This document shows positions 53,669-62,698 of a DNA stretch of 64,000 nucleotides, piece by piece (the stretch's first letter is position 1; each line of letters begins with the position of its first letter). Below the pieces are notes generated by a model. That model made no database searches and had not been told where the DNA came from. It saw only the letters and a list, made by a program, of their open reading frames with translations. The DNA comes from Candidatus Paceibacter sp. (GTDB taxonomy: Bacteria; Patescibacteriota; Minisyncoccia; UBA6257; 02-FULL-45-10c). The translations under genes and the position numbers were made by a program. The DNA lies in the NCBI GenBank assembly GCA_020724845.1, contig DYGE01000001.1, positions 58,218-122,217 on the forward strand, given 5' to 3'.

Positions 53669-54832
53669 TTAAGCCACTATTTCACTCTCGCCCCTGTTGA
53701 AATAAGCGATAAGGACCGGAGCAAAAAATACTGTAGCGACGCTTAGTATCACCATAGCCGTGATCAATTCGGGACCCAAAATTCCTAGTTTTACCCCGGT
53801 AAATACCACGGCTAGGGTAGTTGAAAGTTGCGGCATGGTAGCCGCGCCCACTAAGGCGCTTTGTAAGGAAGTGAGGCCGATTATTCTGCCGCCGATCCAG
53901 CCGCTGATGAATTTAGATAGCATCGATCCTAGAAGGATAACCGCAGTAATTACAACTGCGTTACCGCCAAAATTCTCGAAGACGCTAAGATCAGTTTCGG
54001 TGCCGATAATAATGAAAAAGGTCGGAATAAAAACTCCGTAACTTATAGTTCGCAGCTTATCTTCCAACGATTCACTAGTGAGGCTTCCAGAAAGAACTAG
54101 TCCGGAGAAGAACCCGGCAATAATCGGATGCAGTCCTAATAGTTCAAAAACTATGACCGTACCTACTAAAATTGCAATAGTCGCTCTTAGGTTCTGCTGA
54201 AAAATATCCTTTTCGTTCCCATGCAATGAGAGTATCCAATGGAGTTTCGGCAAAACCCAGCGAAGCGCATAAAGGGCGATAAAAAGTAGAAGATAAAAAA
54301 TAGGCAAAGGCAGCTTTGTTATCGGGTCAATGGTTTGAAGCAAAATGGAAAAGGCGATCAAACTTGCTGTGTCTTCGAGGATAGTTGCCGCAACTATGGA
54401 TTTGCCTATCCGAGTCTCAATGAGACCTCGCGCTTCTAAAGACGGTATGATAACAGCAATAGAAGAAGAAATAAAAATGATGCCGAGGAGCAGCGCCGGA
54501 ACCCAACCATAACCAAAATAAAATCCAATTCCCAGGCCGATAAGAAAAGGAATCAGACCATTGATAAATGACAAGGCATAAATATCCTTCCCTAATTCCC
54601 GGAAGCTGCTTAACTTCGTTTCCAGCCCTGCCATGAACATCAAAAATACCAGGCCAATGCTTCCGATAAAGGTTATCGTTGAGTTTGGCTCAAAAAGATC
54701 AAGCCCATGCGGACCGATTATTATGCCGCCTAATATCAACGCAATAACCCAAGGAAAGTGGAGGCGGCGAAACACGGTAGAAAAAAATACGGCCGCAAAG
54801 ACTACCAAAAAGAAAGGGTAAAATTCCGCCAT
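53669..54832 (-). CDS. Cation:proton antiporter (CPA family, Kef/NhaP-like)
   Basis: 387 aa, 11-12 TM helices, GxxIIGPxGL motif. Confidence 0.8.
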   Translation of the reverse strand: MAEFYPFFLVVFAAVFFSTVFRRLHFPWVIALILGGIIIGPHGLDLFEPNSTITFIGSIGLVFLMFMAGLETKLSSFRELGKDIYALSFINGLIPFLIGLGIGFYFGYGWVPALLLGIIFISSSIAVIIPSLEARGLIETRIGKSIVAATILEDTASLIAFSILLQTIDPITKLPLPIFYLLLFIALYALRWVLPKLHWILSLHGNEKDIFQQNLRATIAILVGTVIVFELLGLHPIIAGFFSGLVLSGSLTSESLEDKLRTISYGVFIPTFFIIIGTETDLSVFENFGGNAVVITAVILLGSMLSKFISGWIGGRIIGLTSLQSALVGAATMPQLSTTLAVVFTGVKLGILGPELITAMVILSVATVFFAPVLIAYFNRGESEIVA

Positions 54833-54861
54833 AACTTTTATTATAGCAGACGAATCTTGAA

Positions 54862-57800
54862 TTACCTGGCTAACGGGCTTAATAGGCGAATTATATCTTC
54901 GCGCCTTTGGGAAAGCGCCTTCTTCAAATAAGGCGCTTCCCCGCCTGACTTTATCGCCGCTGAATAAGTTTCAACAGCATCTAGAAGCTTTGCTCTATCT
55001 CGGTAACTAGCTTCTCCGATTGATAATATGGCTCTCAATTCGGAAATCCTTTCTGTCAAATCGCGTGTTGAATCTTCACCGTCCTTGAAGCCGGCAGATG
55101 TAATAATCTCATCAATAAAAGCGTCATCAATATCTTCCAATTTTTTAAGCATTTTTTGGAGAAGAATCTGGTTTTTAACTATTACCCTCCCCTCTCTAAC
55201 TTCCAAAAGATTATGATAGGCCTCATTGACCGGCTTCCCGGCGAATTGAGGGTTAGCCAAAACCTCTTGCAGTTGAGAAATTCCAAAATGCTCCGGGAAA
55301 CCCTTATATCCGCCCCTTGCTCTGGAAAATAAACTAGCTCCATTATCAATAAAAGCAACTTTGTCTCCTTTAAACATCAAATTCCAAGCCGTTCGGTCAT
55401 ATTGGCCAAGTAGGGCGTCTACCAAAAGGCCTTCCTGAATTTTTTGATTCTGGTGATGTTCTTCCGGCAATGTCAGGCCGCCTTCCTTCCAGCCCTCCAA
55501 AAGCTCCATTTTTAATTTCGGCACCCTTTCAATGGCCACTAAGTCAGTTTTGGGAGTAAGAAGTCCGGCTCTTTCAAGAAATTTCTGCCCGACAAAATCA
55601 GCTTGTACGGTATGGCGCGGACCGCCTTTCAACAAGAATTTTTTGCCTTTCTTATCTTCCCAAAGCTGAAGACGATGAGTGCCAATATAATTACCCCGGA
55701 ATTCCTGAATAAATTTCAATCCCTCAAGCGGATTTTGACTATTAATTCTTATCCGCTGTTCCGGGTCAAGTTTGGGGGAGAAATTTCGCATAACCGCGTG
55801 CTCTACCGTCCAGGCAAGCAGTTGTTGATCTATAGATTTTGGTTTACTTTCCGGTTTTAATTTGCCTTTTTCGTCTAGAATAAAAAGTGCGGGCTTATAG
55901 ATACTCTTTGGACGACCCTCTAAGAAATCCAATTCTCTTGATGGCCCTGAATCTCTAAGCCGACGGGACAATTCTTTTCGGGTCGGATTGCTGGAAGAAA
56001 ATAACATGATTTTTTCATCAACCTCTTGCGAGGATATCCCAATGCCTCCAGTCTCTGCCAAAGATCTTATAGCGAACTCCGGTATTGAGCCAGCATATCC
56101 GGTATCAATAAAAGCAAATTCCAAACCGACTCCATTTTCCTTGAGATACCGGGCTACCTTACTTTGATTCTTTTGGGACGCCATAGATCTAGTCACTACT
56201 ACATATTTTAACTCTTTTCTTTTTAACCCGATTTCATTGGCTTTGATGGCTGTAAAGAAATACCGGCCATCGCGTCCAAAAACCGCCAACTTTTCTGCTC
56301 CGAAATCTTCCAACTTTTCTTTGGCTTCCCAATAAAGCGGCACGTCCTTCTCCTCCACACTTTTATACATTTGCAAATTCTCCTGGTAATGACCAATAAT
56401 TTCTTGTAATTTTTCAAAATACGAATCAGGATACGATTTATCATCACGATTAGCCAGATCTTGGGCAAGGTAATAGCGGATTTTTTCCGCTAAAAGAGTG
56501 CGGAAATCCGGGATCTGCCTACTTCTTTTAAGGGTTGGATGATAAAGCAAAAAAGGATTAGCGCTTTCTGGCATATCTAGAGGCGTTTCCCACCGTACTC
56601 TTTCAATGAAATCTACAAGCTTATCTAGATTTAAGGCGAGATGGGCGATTGATTGCCCGTCTGGAGTCTCTGAATCTACTGACCTACCTAGGAAATACTG
56701 CAGAGCCCTAATTTCACTTATGGCGTTTTCCGGGCGATTTTCCAGAGACGCCAGCGACAACGCTCTCGCGTATGATAGAGCAGCCATGCCGTACGCTTCT
56801 TCATAATTCACCTCTTCCGGAAGATTAGATTCTAAATCCTTCTCCTCCATTACCCCGAAAAGAAAATTTAAATAACTGTCAACATTTTCAAATCCGGCGT
56901 TACGCCTAGAGATAATTCCAAAAAGACCGGCTAAATAATTTTCCGGGGTCAATACTACCCCTTTTTCAAGCTTCGGAGTAAAGCGTCCATAGAAATTTAT
57001 TAACTTCCCAGCTTCCCAGGCGCTTGACGACGGTTGGGGTATAGGAGGTAAAATGGGACCTTCGTCAAAATCGTCATAGTCACCGTCATAGTTAAAGCCA
57101 TAGCCATCGTCATAGACATCATCTTCGCCCATGTCTTCAGCAGGCATATTTTCTACTTCTTTTCTCAACTCCTCCAACCTATTTTTTTCAACGGATTCCT
57201 CAAATTCCTCAAATTCTGGTTTTTCTTCGCTTAAAGTTTCGTTCCAGGAAGATATCGTTTTTGACAGTATTGCAAGCCATCCAGAAAATTCCGGATTATT
57301 TTCAGCCGTCTCCACTAAAACTTTTTTTGCTTCTTCTGTCCCTAATATGCCCGCAAGCGCGGAGGCTGCCACGCGTAAATCGCTATCTAGGTGCATCTTA
57401 CGCGCGTAGTCTTCGGTAACCGCATTATTAATAAACTGGACTATAGCCGGAGCCAAGCTCGGATCTTTTGATCTTCTTAATAATTCTAAAATTTGATGTA
57501 GATTGCTGCCATCAACGTTATCCAAAATAGCTGGTTTTTCTAGAATAGTTGCCGCAAATTTTGCTGAATCTTTGTAGCCGAGGCTAAGGTAGAGGTTAAT
57601 ATACCAATAAATCCCCTCGCCCCTTGATGATGCTGCTGAGTTAATTTTCTTCTCAAAAAACTGCTTAAACGCTGGCCCTGCCTTTTTCATATCAAACCAA
57701 TACTCTCGCTCGACCAAATAAAGGTTCTTACCGCCTTGCGCTCTAGAAAATTTATTTAAAAAAGCTCTATAACTTGTGTAATCTTCCCAAGCAAATCCAG

Positions 57801-57930
57801 TTCCGGAAGAGGAGAGTAGAATCTCAATCCTTCCCTGTAGCAAATCCTCAAACTTCTGCTTTTCTTCCGGAGAAAGCCCCAGTTCAGATTCCCGCTTAGG
57901 CGCTTTATCAAATTTTTCCCTGACCTCCAT
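54862..57930 (-). CDS. Large multidomain protein: N-terminal HEAT-like repeats, acidic linker, C-terminal PI3K/PI4K-like kinase-fold domain
   Basis: 1022 aa. C-terminus LLGQYDRTAWNLMF and AFIDNGASLF align with the 256-aa protein at 42509..43279 and resemble the PI3K catalytic DRHxxN and DFG loops. N-terminal helical repeats are HEAT-like. Confidence 0.6.
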   Translation of the reverse strand: MEVREKFDKAPKRESELGLSPEEKQKFEDLLQGRIEILLSSSGTGFAWEDYTSYRAFLNKFSRAQGGKNLYLVEREYWFDMKKAGPAFKQFFEKKINSAASSRGEGIYWYINLYLSLGYKDSAKFAATILEKPAILDNVDGSNLHQILELLRRSKDPSLAPAIVQFINNAVTEDYARKMHLDSDLRVAASALAGILGTEEAKKVLVETAENNPEFSGWLAILSKTISSWNETLSEEKPEFEEFEESVEKNRLEELRKEVENMPAEDMGEDDVYDDGYGFNYDGDYDDFDEGPILPPIPQPSSSAWEAGKLINFYGRFTPKLEKGVVLTPENYLAGLFGIISRRNAGFENVDSYLNFLFGVMEEKDLESNLPEEVNYEEAYGMAALSYARALSLASLENRPENAISEIRALQYFLGRSVDSETPDGQSIAHLALNLDKLVDFIERVRWETPLDMPESANPFLLYHPTLKRSRQIPDFRTLLAEKIRYYLAQDLANRDDKSYPDSYFEKLQEIIGHYQENLQMYKSVEEKDVPLYWEAKEKLEDFGAEKLAVFGRDGRYFFTAIKANEIGLKRKELKYVVVTRSMASQKNQSKVARYLKENGVGLEFAFIDTGYAGSIPEFAIRSLAETGGIGISSQEVDEKIMLFSSSNPTRKELSRRLRDSGPSRELDFLEGRPKSIYKPALFILDEKGKLKPESKPKSIDQQLLAWTVEHAVMRNFSPKLDPEQRIRINSQNPLEGLKFIQEFRGNYIGTHRLQLWEDKKGKKFLLKGGPRHTVQADFVGQKFLERAGLLTPKTDLVAIERVPKLKMELLEGWKEGGLTLPEEHHQNQKIQEGLLVDALLGQYDRTAWNLMFKGDKVAFIDNGASLFSRARGGYKGFPEHFGISQLQEVLANPQFAGKPVNEAYHNLLEVREGRVIVKNQILLQKMLKKLEDIDDAFIDEIITSAGFKDGEDSTRDLTERISELRAILSIGEASYRDRAKLLDAVETYSAAIKSGGEAPYLKKALSQRREDIIRLLSPLAR

Positions 57931-57937
57931 AAGCCGA

Positions 57938-58302
57938 TTACTTTAAATAAGATTTTATCTTGCTGATAACCTGTTTCATGGAAAAATTCGCTTTTACCAT
58001 GTAGTCGTCAGCCCCCAAGTCCATCGCTCTTTTAACGTCGGCATCCTGGCCGAGATTGGATAAAACAAGTACCGGAATATTTTTCCATGCCTCACCGGCT
58101 TTTATTTCCTTCAAGAAATCAAAACCGTTTTTTGATGGAAGCATTAAATCAAGTAAAATAAGATCGAAGGAATCGCCCATCACCTTTCCCGTCATAAGCA
58201 ATATCAACCTCAAAACCCTCCCGCTCCAAGGCGGTTTTATAAACCATCACCAAATATTTATCATCTTCCACCAAGAGAATCCTCTTTTTTTCTTTTGCCA
58301 TA
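57938..58302 (-). pseudogene. CheY-like receiver domain gene interrupted by a frameshift
   Basis: Frame A MAKEKKRILLVEDDKYLVMVYKTALEREGFEVDIAYDGK then stops. Frame +1 continues SFDLILLDLMLP...DYMVK through the rest of the receiver. The switch is at a GGGAAAGG run near 58190. Confidence 0.5.
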
Positions 58303-58377
58303 GTATCTATATACTAACTCCAATAAATCCTATTTTCCAGGGGCCTCACTTCACATTATATTCTTCAAGTTTATATC

Positions 58378-58785
58378 TTAGCCCATGGCAATTTTTTGAA
58401 AATCTCCATTCAATACTGCCGGGTTCATTGCCTCGATCTCGTCTTTATAGCTCATTTCCGGAACCGGATTCAGTAAATAGATCTTCTTATCGAGAACATG
58501 CGCGTACGCCATTTCTATCAATGCGTTGCCTCCAACATAATTTGGAATTCCATTCTTCGCAATATTGACTATCAATACCGCATCCGAGGACTTTATTTCA
58601 TTCCAGTAGTTTTTTAATAGATCGCCTTCCTGTTTTTCCCACTTGTCCTCAACGCTTTTCTCTCCCGCTGCGTACTTCTCCGCATCTTTTGGCAACGCTA
58701 CCTCATAGCCAAGAACCTCAAGTTTTGACTTGATTTCCAGCATTTCCTTCCCGAATTGCATACTTCCGCAAATTGCTATTTTCAT
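58378..58785 (-). CDS. Rossmann-like small protein (nucleoside 2-deoxyribosyltransferase-like fold?)
   Basis: MKIAICGSMQF...DAVLIVNIAKNGIPNYVGGNALIEMAYA pattern. Start set at the internal Met to avoid overlap with secA. Confidence 0.35.
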   Translation of the reverse strand: MKIAICGSMQFGKEMLEIKSKLEVLGYEVALPKDAEKYAAGEKSVEDKWEKQEGDLLKNYWNEIKSSDAVLIVNIAKNGIPNYVGGNALIEMAYAHVLDKKIYLLNPVPEMSYKDEIEAMNPAVLNGDFQKIAMG

Positions 58786-58807
58786 ATTTCTTAGTTGTAT
58801 CCCATTC

Positions 58808-61159
58808 TCATTGCCCATGGCACTTTTTATATTTTTTACCGCTGCCGCACGGGCAGGGGTCATTACGGCCAACTTTTTCGAAATTGTTGTTTTTCCCGGT
58901 ATCATAGATCCCGCCTGGATGCTTGGCTTCCAAGTTAACGCCGTTGCCTAATTCTTTCTGCTCATTTCGGGCCTGCTTTAATTTCTCCGAATTTTCGCTC
59001 ATCCACTTTTCAAAATCCTCAAGCATTCTCTGAAACAGTATCCGGCTTTCGCGCTTGTATTCCACTAAAGGATCATGCTGGCCGTAAGCTCTAAGGCGCA
59101 CCGATTCGCGGAGCGCTTCCATGTCTTCCAGGTGATTCATCCAGAAGCTGTCCAGTACCATCAAAATCTGCGGATGAGCCTTTTCCTTCATTAGCGTCTC
59201 CCTCTTTTCGTAAATGGACAGTCTATGCTTGTTCAAGATATCGTCATAATCCAAAAGATGCTTTCGCCCGTCAAAACTGAAGCCTTCTACCCGCGATTGC
59301 GCTTGGGAAACCGCCTTGGAAACCATTCCCGACTCTATAGGCGTGTCTTCCGGAACATCCAGAGTTTCCATTAAACTTTTTATTCTCCCGCCGCCGAAGA
59401 TGCGCATCAAGTCATCTTCCAGAGACAGGTAAAATTGAGATGAACCGGGATCCCCTTGCCTTCCGGAACGTCCGCGAAGCTGGTTATCAATTCTCCGGGC
59501 ATCGTGTCTTTCAGTGCCAATCACGTGCAGGCCGCCCAGATCTTTCACTTTTTCGCTCTGCAGTATATCCGGAGGATTTCCGCCAAGCACGATATCCACT
59601 CCCCGGCCGGCCATATTGGTGGCGACCGTCACCGCGCCCACCTTTCCCGCTTGAGCGATGATGGAAGCCTCTCGTTCATTATTTTTAGCATTCAAAACCT
59701 CGTGCCTCACTCCGGCGCGATTCAAATATTGGGACAGCAATTCGTTTTTTTCTATGGAGATCGTGCCAATCAGCACCGGCTGCCCTTTCTGCTGGCGCCT
59801 TTTAACCTCTTCCGCTACTGCTCGGAATTTCGCGTCAGCTGTTTTGTAGATTACATCCGGCAAATCCTGCCGCTGCACCGGCCTATTGGTCGGGATGCCG
59901 ACCACCTGTAATTTATAGACCTTATCAAATTCCTCCGCGGAAGTTTGGGCCGTGCCGGTCATACCGGCTAGTTTTTTATAAAGACGGAAATAATTCTGAA
60001 TGGTAATTTGGGCGTAAGTCCGAGACTCCTGCTGTATTGGCACGCCTTCTTTCGCCTCCAACGCTTGATGCAGCCCTCCAGAATATCGTCGCCCCGGCAT
60101 CAGCCTGCCGGTATTTTGGTCCACGATAATGACTTCGCTATTTTTTACCACGTAATCTTTGTCGCGCTTAAAAAGGGCTTTTGCTTTCAAGCTTTCTTCC
60201 AAATAATGGGTTAGCCGCAGATTTTCTGGGTCGTAGATATTTTTAATCTTTAAAGACTTTTCCACTTTATCAATCCCGGATTCCAGAATCTGAACAGACC
60301 GGAATTTTTCATCTACCAGATAGTCTTCATCTTGATTTAAAATAGCGGCTACCTGCTTGAATATTTTATAAAAATTGCTGGACTCGGCATCCGGAGCAGA
60401 AATGATGAGCGGCGTTCTCGCTTCATCTATTAAAACGCTGTCAATTTCATCAATAATGGCAAAATTGTGCCCGCGCGATTGGACTTGTTTATCTTCAGAG
60501 TGAGCCAGGTTATCCCGTAGATAATCAAAGCCAAACTCATGGTTGGTTCCGTAAGTGACATCCGCTTCATAGGCCTCCTTTCTGGAAATCGGCCGCAGAT
60601 ATTCTTCCTGAATCCTAAAACTTCCAGTCGAGTCCCTTTCTTTGTCTAATAAATCGTCAGCTTGTTTTGATATGTACGCCGGATCGTACATCAGCGCCCC
60701 TTGATGCACTAAACAAGCGACTCTCAATCCTAATAGGTGATAAATTTGACCCATCCAAACAGCGTCTCTTTTTGCCAAGTATTCATTGACCGTAACCACA
60801 TGCACCCCCTCGCCTGCCAAGGCATTTAAATAAATCGGCGAAGTGGACGATAAAGTTTTACCTTCTCCGGTAGCCATCTCCGCTATTTTACCTTCATGCA
60901 AAGCCATGCCGCCCATCAACTGTACGTCAAAGTGCCGCTGTTTCAAGGTTCTTTTAGCGGCCTCCCTTACCAGAGCAAACGCTTCCGGAAGCGCCATATC
61001 CAAAGAAAGTCCGTCCGCTACCCTACTCCGCAAGTCCCGGCTTTTTTCCTGAAGTTCCGCGTCGCTTAACTCCCCAATCTCTTTTTCCAGATTGTTTATT
61101 TCCTCAACTCGTTTTTTCAATTTTTTGGTCTGATCAAATAAGAAATTAAAAAACTTCAT
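58808..61159 (-). CDS. secA: Preprotein translocase ATPase SecA
   Basis: Walker A MATGEGKTL, DEAD-like motor domain, C-terminal zinc finger CPCGSGKKYKKCHG. Confidence 0.97.
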   Translation of the reverse strand: MKFFNFLFDQTKKLKKRVEEINNLEKEIGELSDAELQEKSRDLRSRVADGLSLDMALPEAFALVREAAKRTLKQRHFDVQLMGGMALHEGKIAEMATGEGKTLSSTSPIYLNALAGEGVHVVTVNEYLAKRDAVWMGQIYHLLGLRVACLVHQGALMYDPAYISKQADDLLDKERDSTGSFRIQEEYLRPISRKEAYEADVTYGTNHEFGFDYLRDNLAHSEDKQVQSRGHNFAIIDEIDSVLIDEARTPLIISAPDAESSNFYKIFKQVAAILNQDEDYLVDEKFRSVQILESGIDKVEKSLKIKNIYDPENLRLTHYLEESLKAKALFKRDKDYVVKNSEVIIVDQNTGRLMPGRRYSGGLHQALEAKEGVPIQQESRTYAQITIQNYFRLYKKLAGMTGTAQTSAEEFDKVYKLQVVGIPTNRPVQRQDLPDVIYKTADAKFRAVAEEVKRRQQKGQPVLIGTISIEKNELLSQYLNRAGVRHEVLNAKNNEREASIIAQAGKVGAVTVATNMAGRGVDIVLGGNPPDILQSEKVKDLGGLHVIGTERHDARRIDNQLRGRSGRQGDPGSSQFYLSLEDDLMRIFGGGRIKSLMETLDVPEDTPIESGMVSKAVSQAQSRVEGFSFDGRKHLLDYDDILNKHRLSIYEKRETLMKEKAHPQILMVLDSFWMNHLEDMEALRESVRLRAYGQHDPLVEYKRESRILFQRMLEDFEKWMSENSEKLKQARNEQKELGNGVNLEAKHPGGIYDTGKNNNFEKVGRNDPCPCGSGKKYKKCHGQ

Positions 61160-61181
61160 ACAATTTAAAAAGGGCTGATCT

Positions 61182-61505
61182 TTAGTGATCAGCCAATTTG
61201 TCTTTCAGCCGCAAAAGGTCTTTTTTTAGGCGGTCTTTTACCCTATCAATCGCCGCGTGCATATCTTCGTTTGTTTCTTCAATCCTAAGCAGCGGATTGC
61301 CAGGCAATTGCAAATTCGCCTCGGCATAAAAAACATCTCCTTTATTGTGATGATTGGTAGTCCTGGAAACTTCTACGTCCAAAACAACCGCGTCATCCTT
61401 GTCCCATCGCCCTAAAAATTTCTCCAAGCCGCCCATTTTCTCTTCAACGAATTGGGTCAAGGCCGGAGTTAATTCAAAATTCTTTGCCTTAATTTGTAAT
61501 CTCAT
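61182..61505 (-). CDS. hpf: Ribosome hibernation-promoting factor / RaiA family
   Basis: 107 aa with YfiA/HPF fold signature; the usual hpf-secA arrangement. Confidence 0.9.
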   Translation of the reverse strand: MRLQIKAKNFELTPALTQFVEEKMGGLEKFLGRWDKDDAVVLDVEVSRTTNHHNKGDVFYAEANLQLPGNPLLRIEETNEDMHAAIDRVKDRLKKDLLRLKDKLADH

Positions 61506-61522
61506 AATAATAATCTATTAAT

Positions 61523-61575
61523 TTACCACCCGTTAAGAACACAACATTTTTAGTTATATGCTTAACGGGTGGTAA
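61523..61575 (-). promoter_or_regulatory. hpf 5' leader hairpin: 15-bp inverted repeat (ttaccacccgttaag / cttaacgggtggtaa) with 23-nt loop
   Basis: Read directly; starts 18 nt upstream of the hpf ATG. Confidence 0.5.
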
Positions 61576-61645
61576 TGGTGACCTCCAAATGCTATTTGTA
61601 TTTAGTGAGTGCTCTCTTACCACCCAAGTCAAGTATAAAACATTC

Positions 61646-61692
61646 CTAAAAAAATAAAAGAGCCCTGATCCTTAACAAGGAAAAGGGCTCTG
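61646..61692 (-). terminator. Terminator (agagccctgatccttaacaaggaaaagggctct + long T-run on minus)
   Basis: About 20 nt after the stop of the 48-codon ORF. Confidence 0.6.
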
Positions 61693-61709
61693 GGTAGGGC
61701 GCTGGAGTT

Positions 61710-61856
61710 TTACGGCGCCTGCGGTGGCTTAGCTACCTCGCTGCCTCTCCGCAGTTCCGCGAGTTGCAAGCACTCCTTCAGCTCATGCAGGCTGTAACCT
61801 TTGCCGAGGTAATAGCTGAACTGCTCCACGACTTCCTGCTTATCCGGCTTAGCCAT
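61710..61856 (-). CDS. Small ORF (48 aa), GC-rich, soluble
   Basis: GGAGGG Shine-Dalgarno 4 nt upstream of ATG. Own promoter TTGACA-17-TAACAT (TG-extended) at 61893..61921 (minus). Terminator downstream. Sequence MAKPDKQEVVEQFSYYLGKGYSLHELKECLQLAELRRGSEVAKPPQAP. Confidence 0.4.
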   Translation of the reverse strand: MAKPDKQEVVEQFSYYLGKGYSLHELKECLQLAELRRGSEVAKPPQAP

Positions 61857-61932
61857 CGATCCCTCCATACTCCTAAGATGTACTTACGGTAAATGTTATC
61901 ATATTTTTAACATTTTGTCAATATGAAAACCT

Positions 61933-61960
61933 AAGAGCCCCCGAAGGGGCTCTTAGGCTA
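61933..61960 (-). terminator. Hairpin (cctaagagcccc cgaa ggggctcttagg) with T-run on minus
   Basis: 12-bp perfect stem, immediately upstream of the small-ORF promoter. Confidence 0.45.
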
Positions 61961-62092
61961 CAAATAGCGGAGTAACATTCCTTTGTCGATATCATCGCAA
62001 AGGAATACTTACACTCACTATGCGTAGTATAGCATACTTCTCTCAATAAAGCAAGGGTCTCATAGACAATGTAATAGAGCGACGTTAAAATC

Positions 62093-62698
62093 TCACTTCT
62101 TAAACACAATAAACTTCATACCGATAAAGTTCCAGAAAAGGGCCACAATAGCCGCAGTAGCTGCGCCGGCATTAGCCCACAATTCGCCGGACACGCCAAC
62201 CGGAGCCCCAACCGTATTGACCACAAAAGAAGCGGTACTCACATTGATGCCGAATCCGATTAAATTGACTGTGAAAAATTTTATAAATTCCACTGTCCTT
62301 GGCCCATTGCCGGCATGAAAAGTCCAGTACTTGTTCCAAAAATAACTGTTAATTACAGCCACAATAAAAGAACTGGCTTTAAAAACCGAATAGTAAAAGC
62401 CGGCAGTTATGCCAGTTAAAAAAATCAGCAGATTTAAAATACCGAGGTCAACCAAAAAATTAAGTCCGCCGACTATGCCGAATTTAACGAATTGAAGCAT
62501 CACCGGCCACCGGCGGCTAAGCCAGTATCCGACCAAATAACCTAACGGGGTTATAACAGCCAGCGACAAGACCGCCGCGGCCCCGGCCGCGCTTCCGGTA
62601 AGAAGCCCTATATTTTTAAGAACCAGCCAAAAGAGAAAGCCGGCAACAATGCCCACCAAAAAACTTATTTTCAGATCTTGCTTGAAGAAATTATCCAT
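62093..62698 (-). CDS. GtrA-family membrane protein
   Basis: FVKFGIVGGLNFLVD ... NSYFWNKYWTF GtrA signature, plus extra N-terminal TM helices. Confidence 0.7.
   Translation of the reverse strand: MDNFFKQDLKISFLVGIVAGFLFWLVLKNIGLLTGSAAGAAAVLSLAVITPLGYLVGYWLSRRWPVMLQFVKFGIVGGLNFLVDLGILNLLIFLTGITAGFYYSVFKASSFIVAVINSYFWNKYWTFHAGNGPRTVEFIKFFTVNLIGFGINVSTASFVVNTVGAPVGVSGELWANAGAATAAIVALFWNFIGMKFIVFKK

Noticed and set aside
59440-60214. Plus-strand ORFs inside secA
   Set aside because: Antisense to a conserved essential gene.
61918-62109. 63-aa minus ORF upstream of the 48-aa small ORF
   Set aside because: Overlaps the predicted promoter and terminator hairpins of neighbouring features; Cys/Tyr-rich random-looking sequence.
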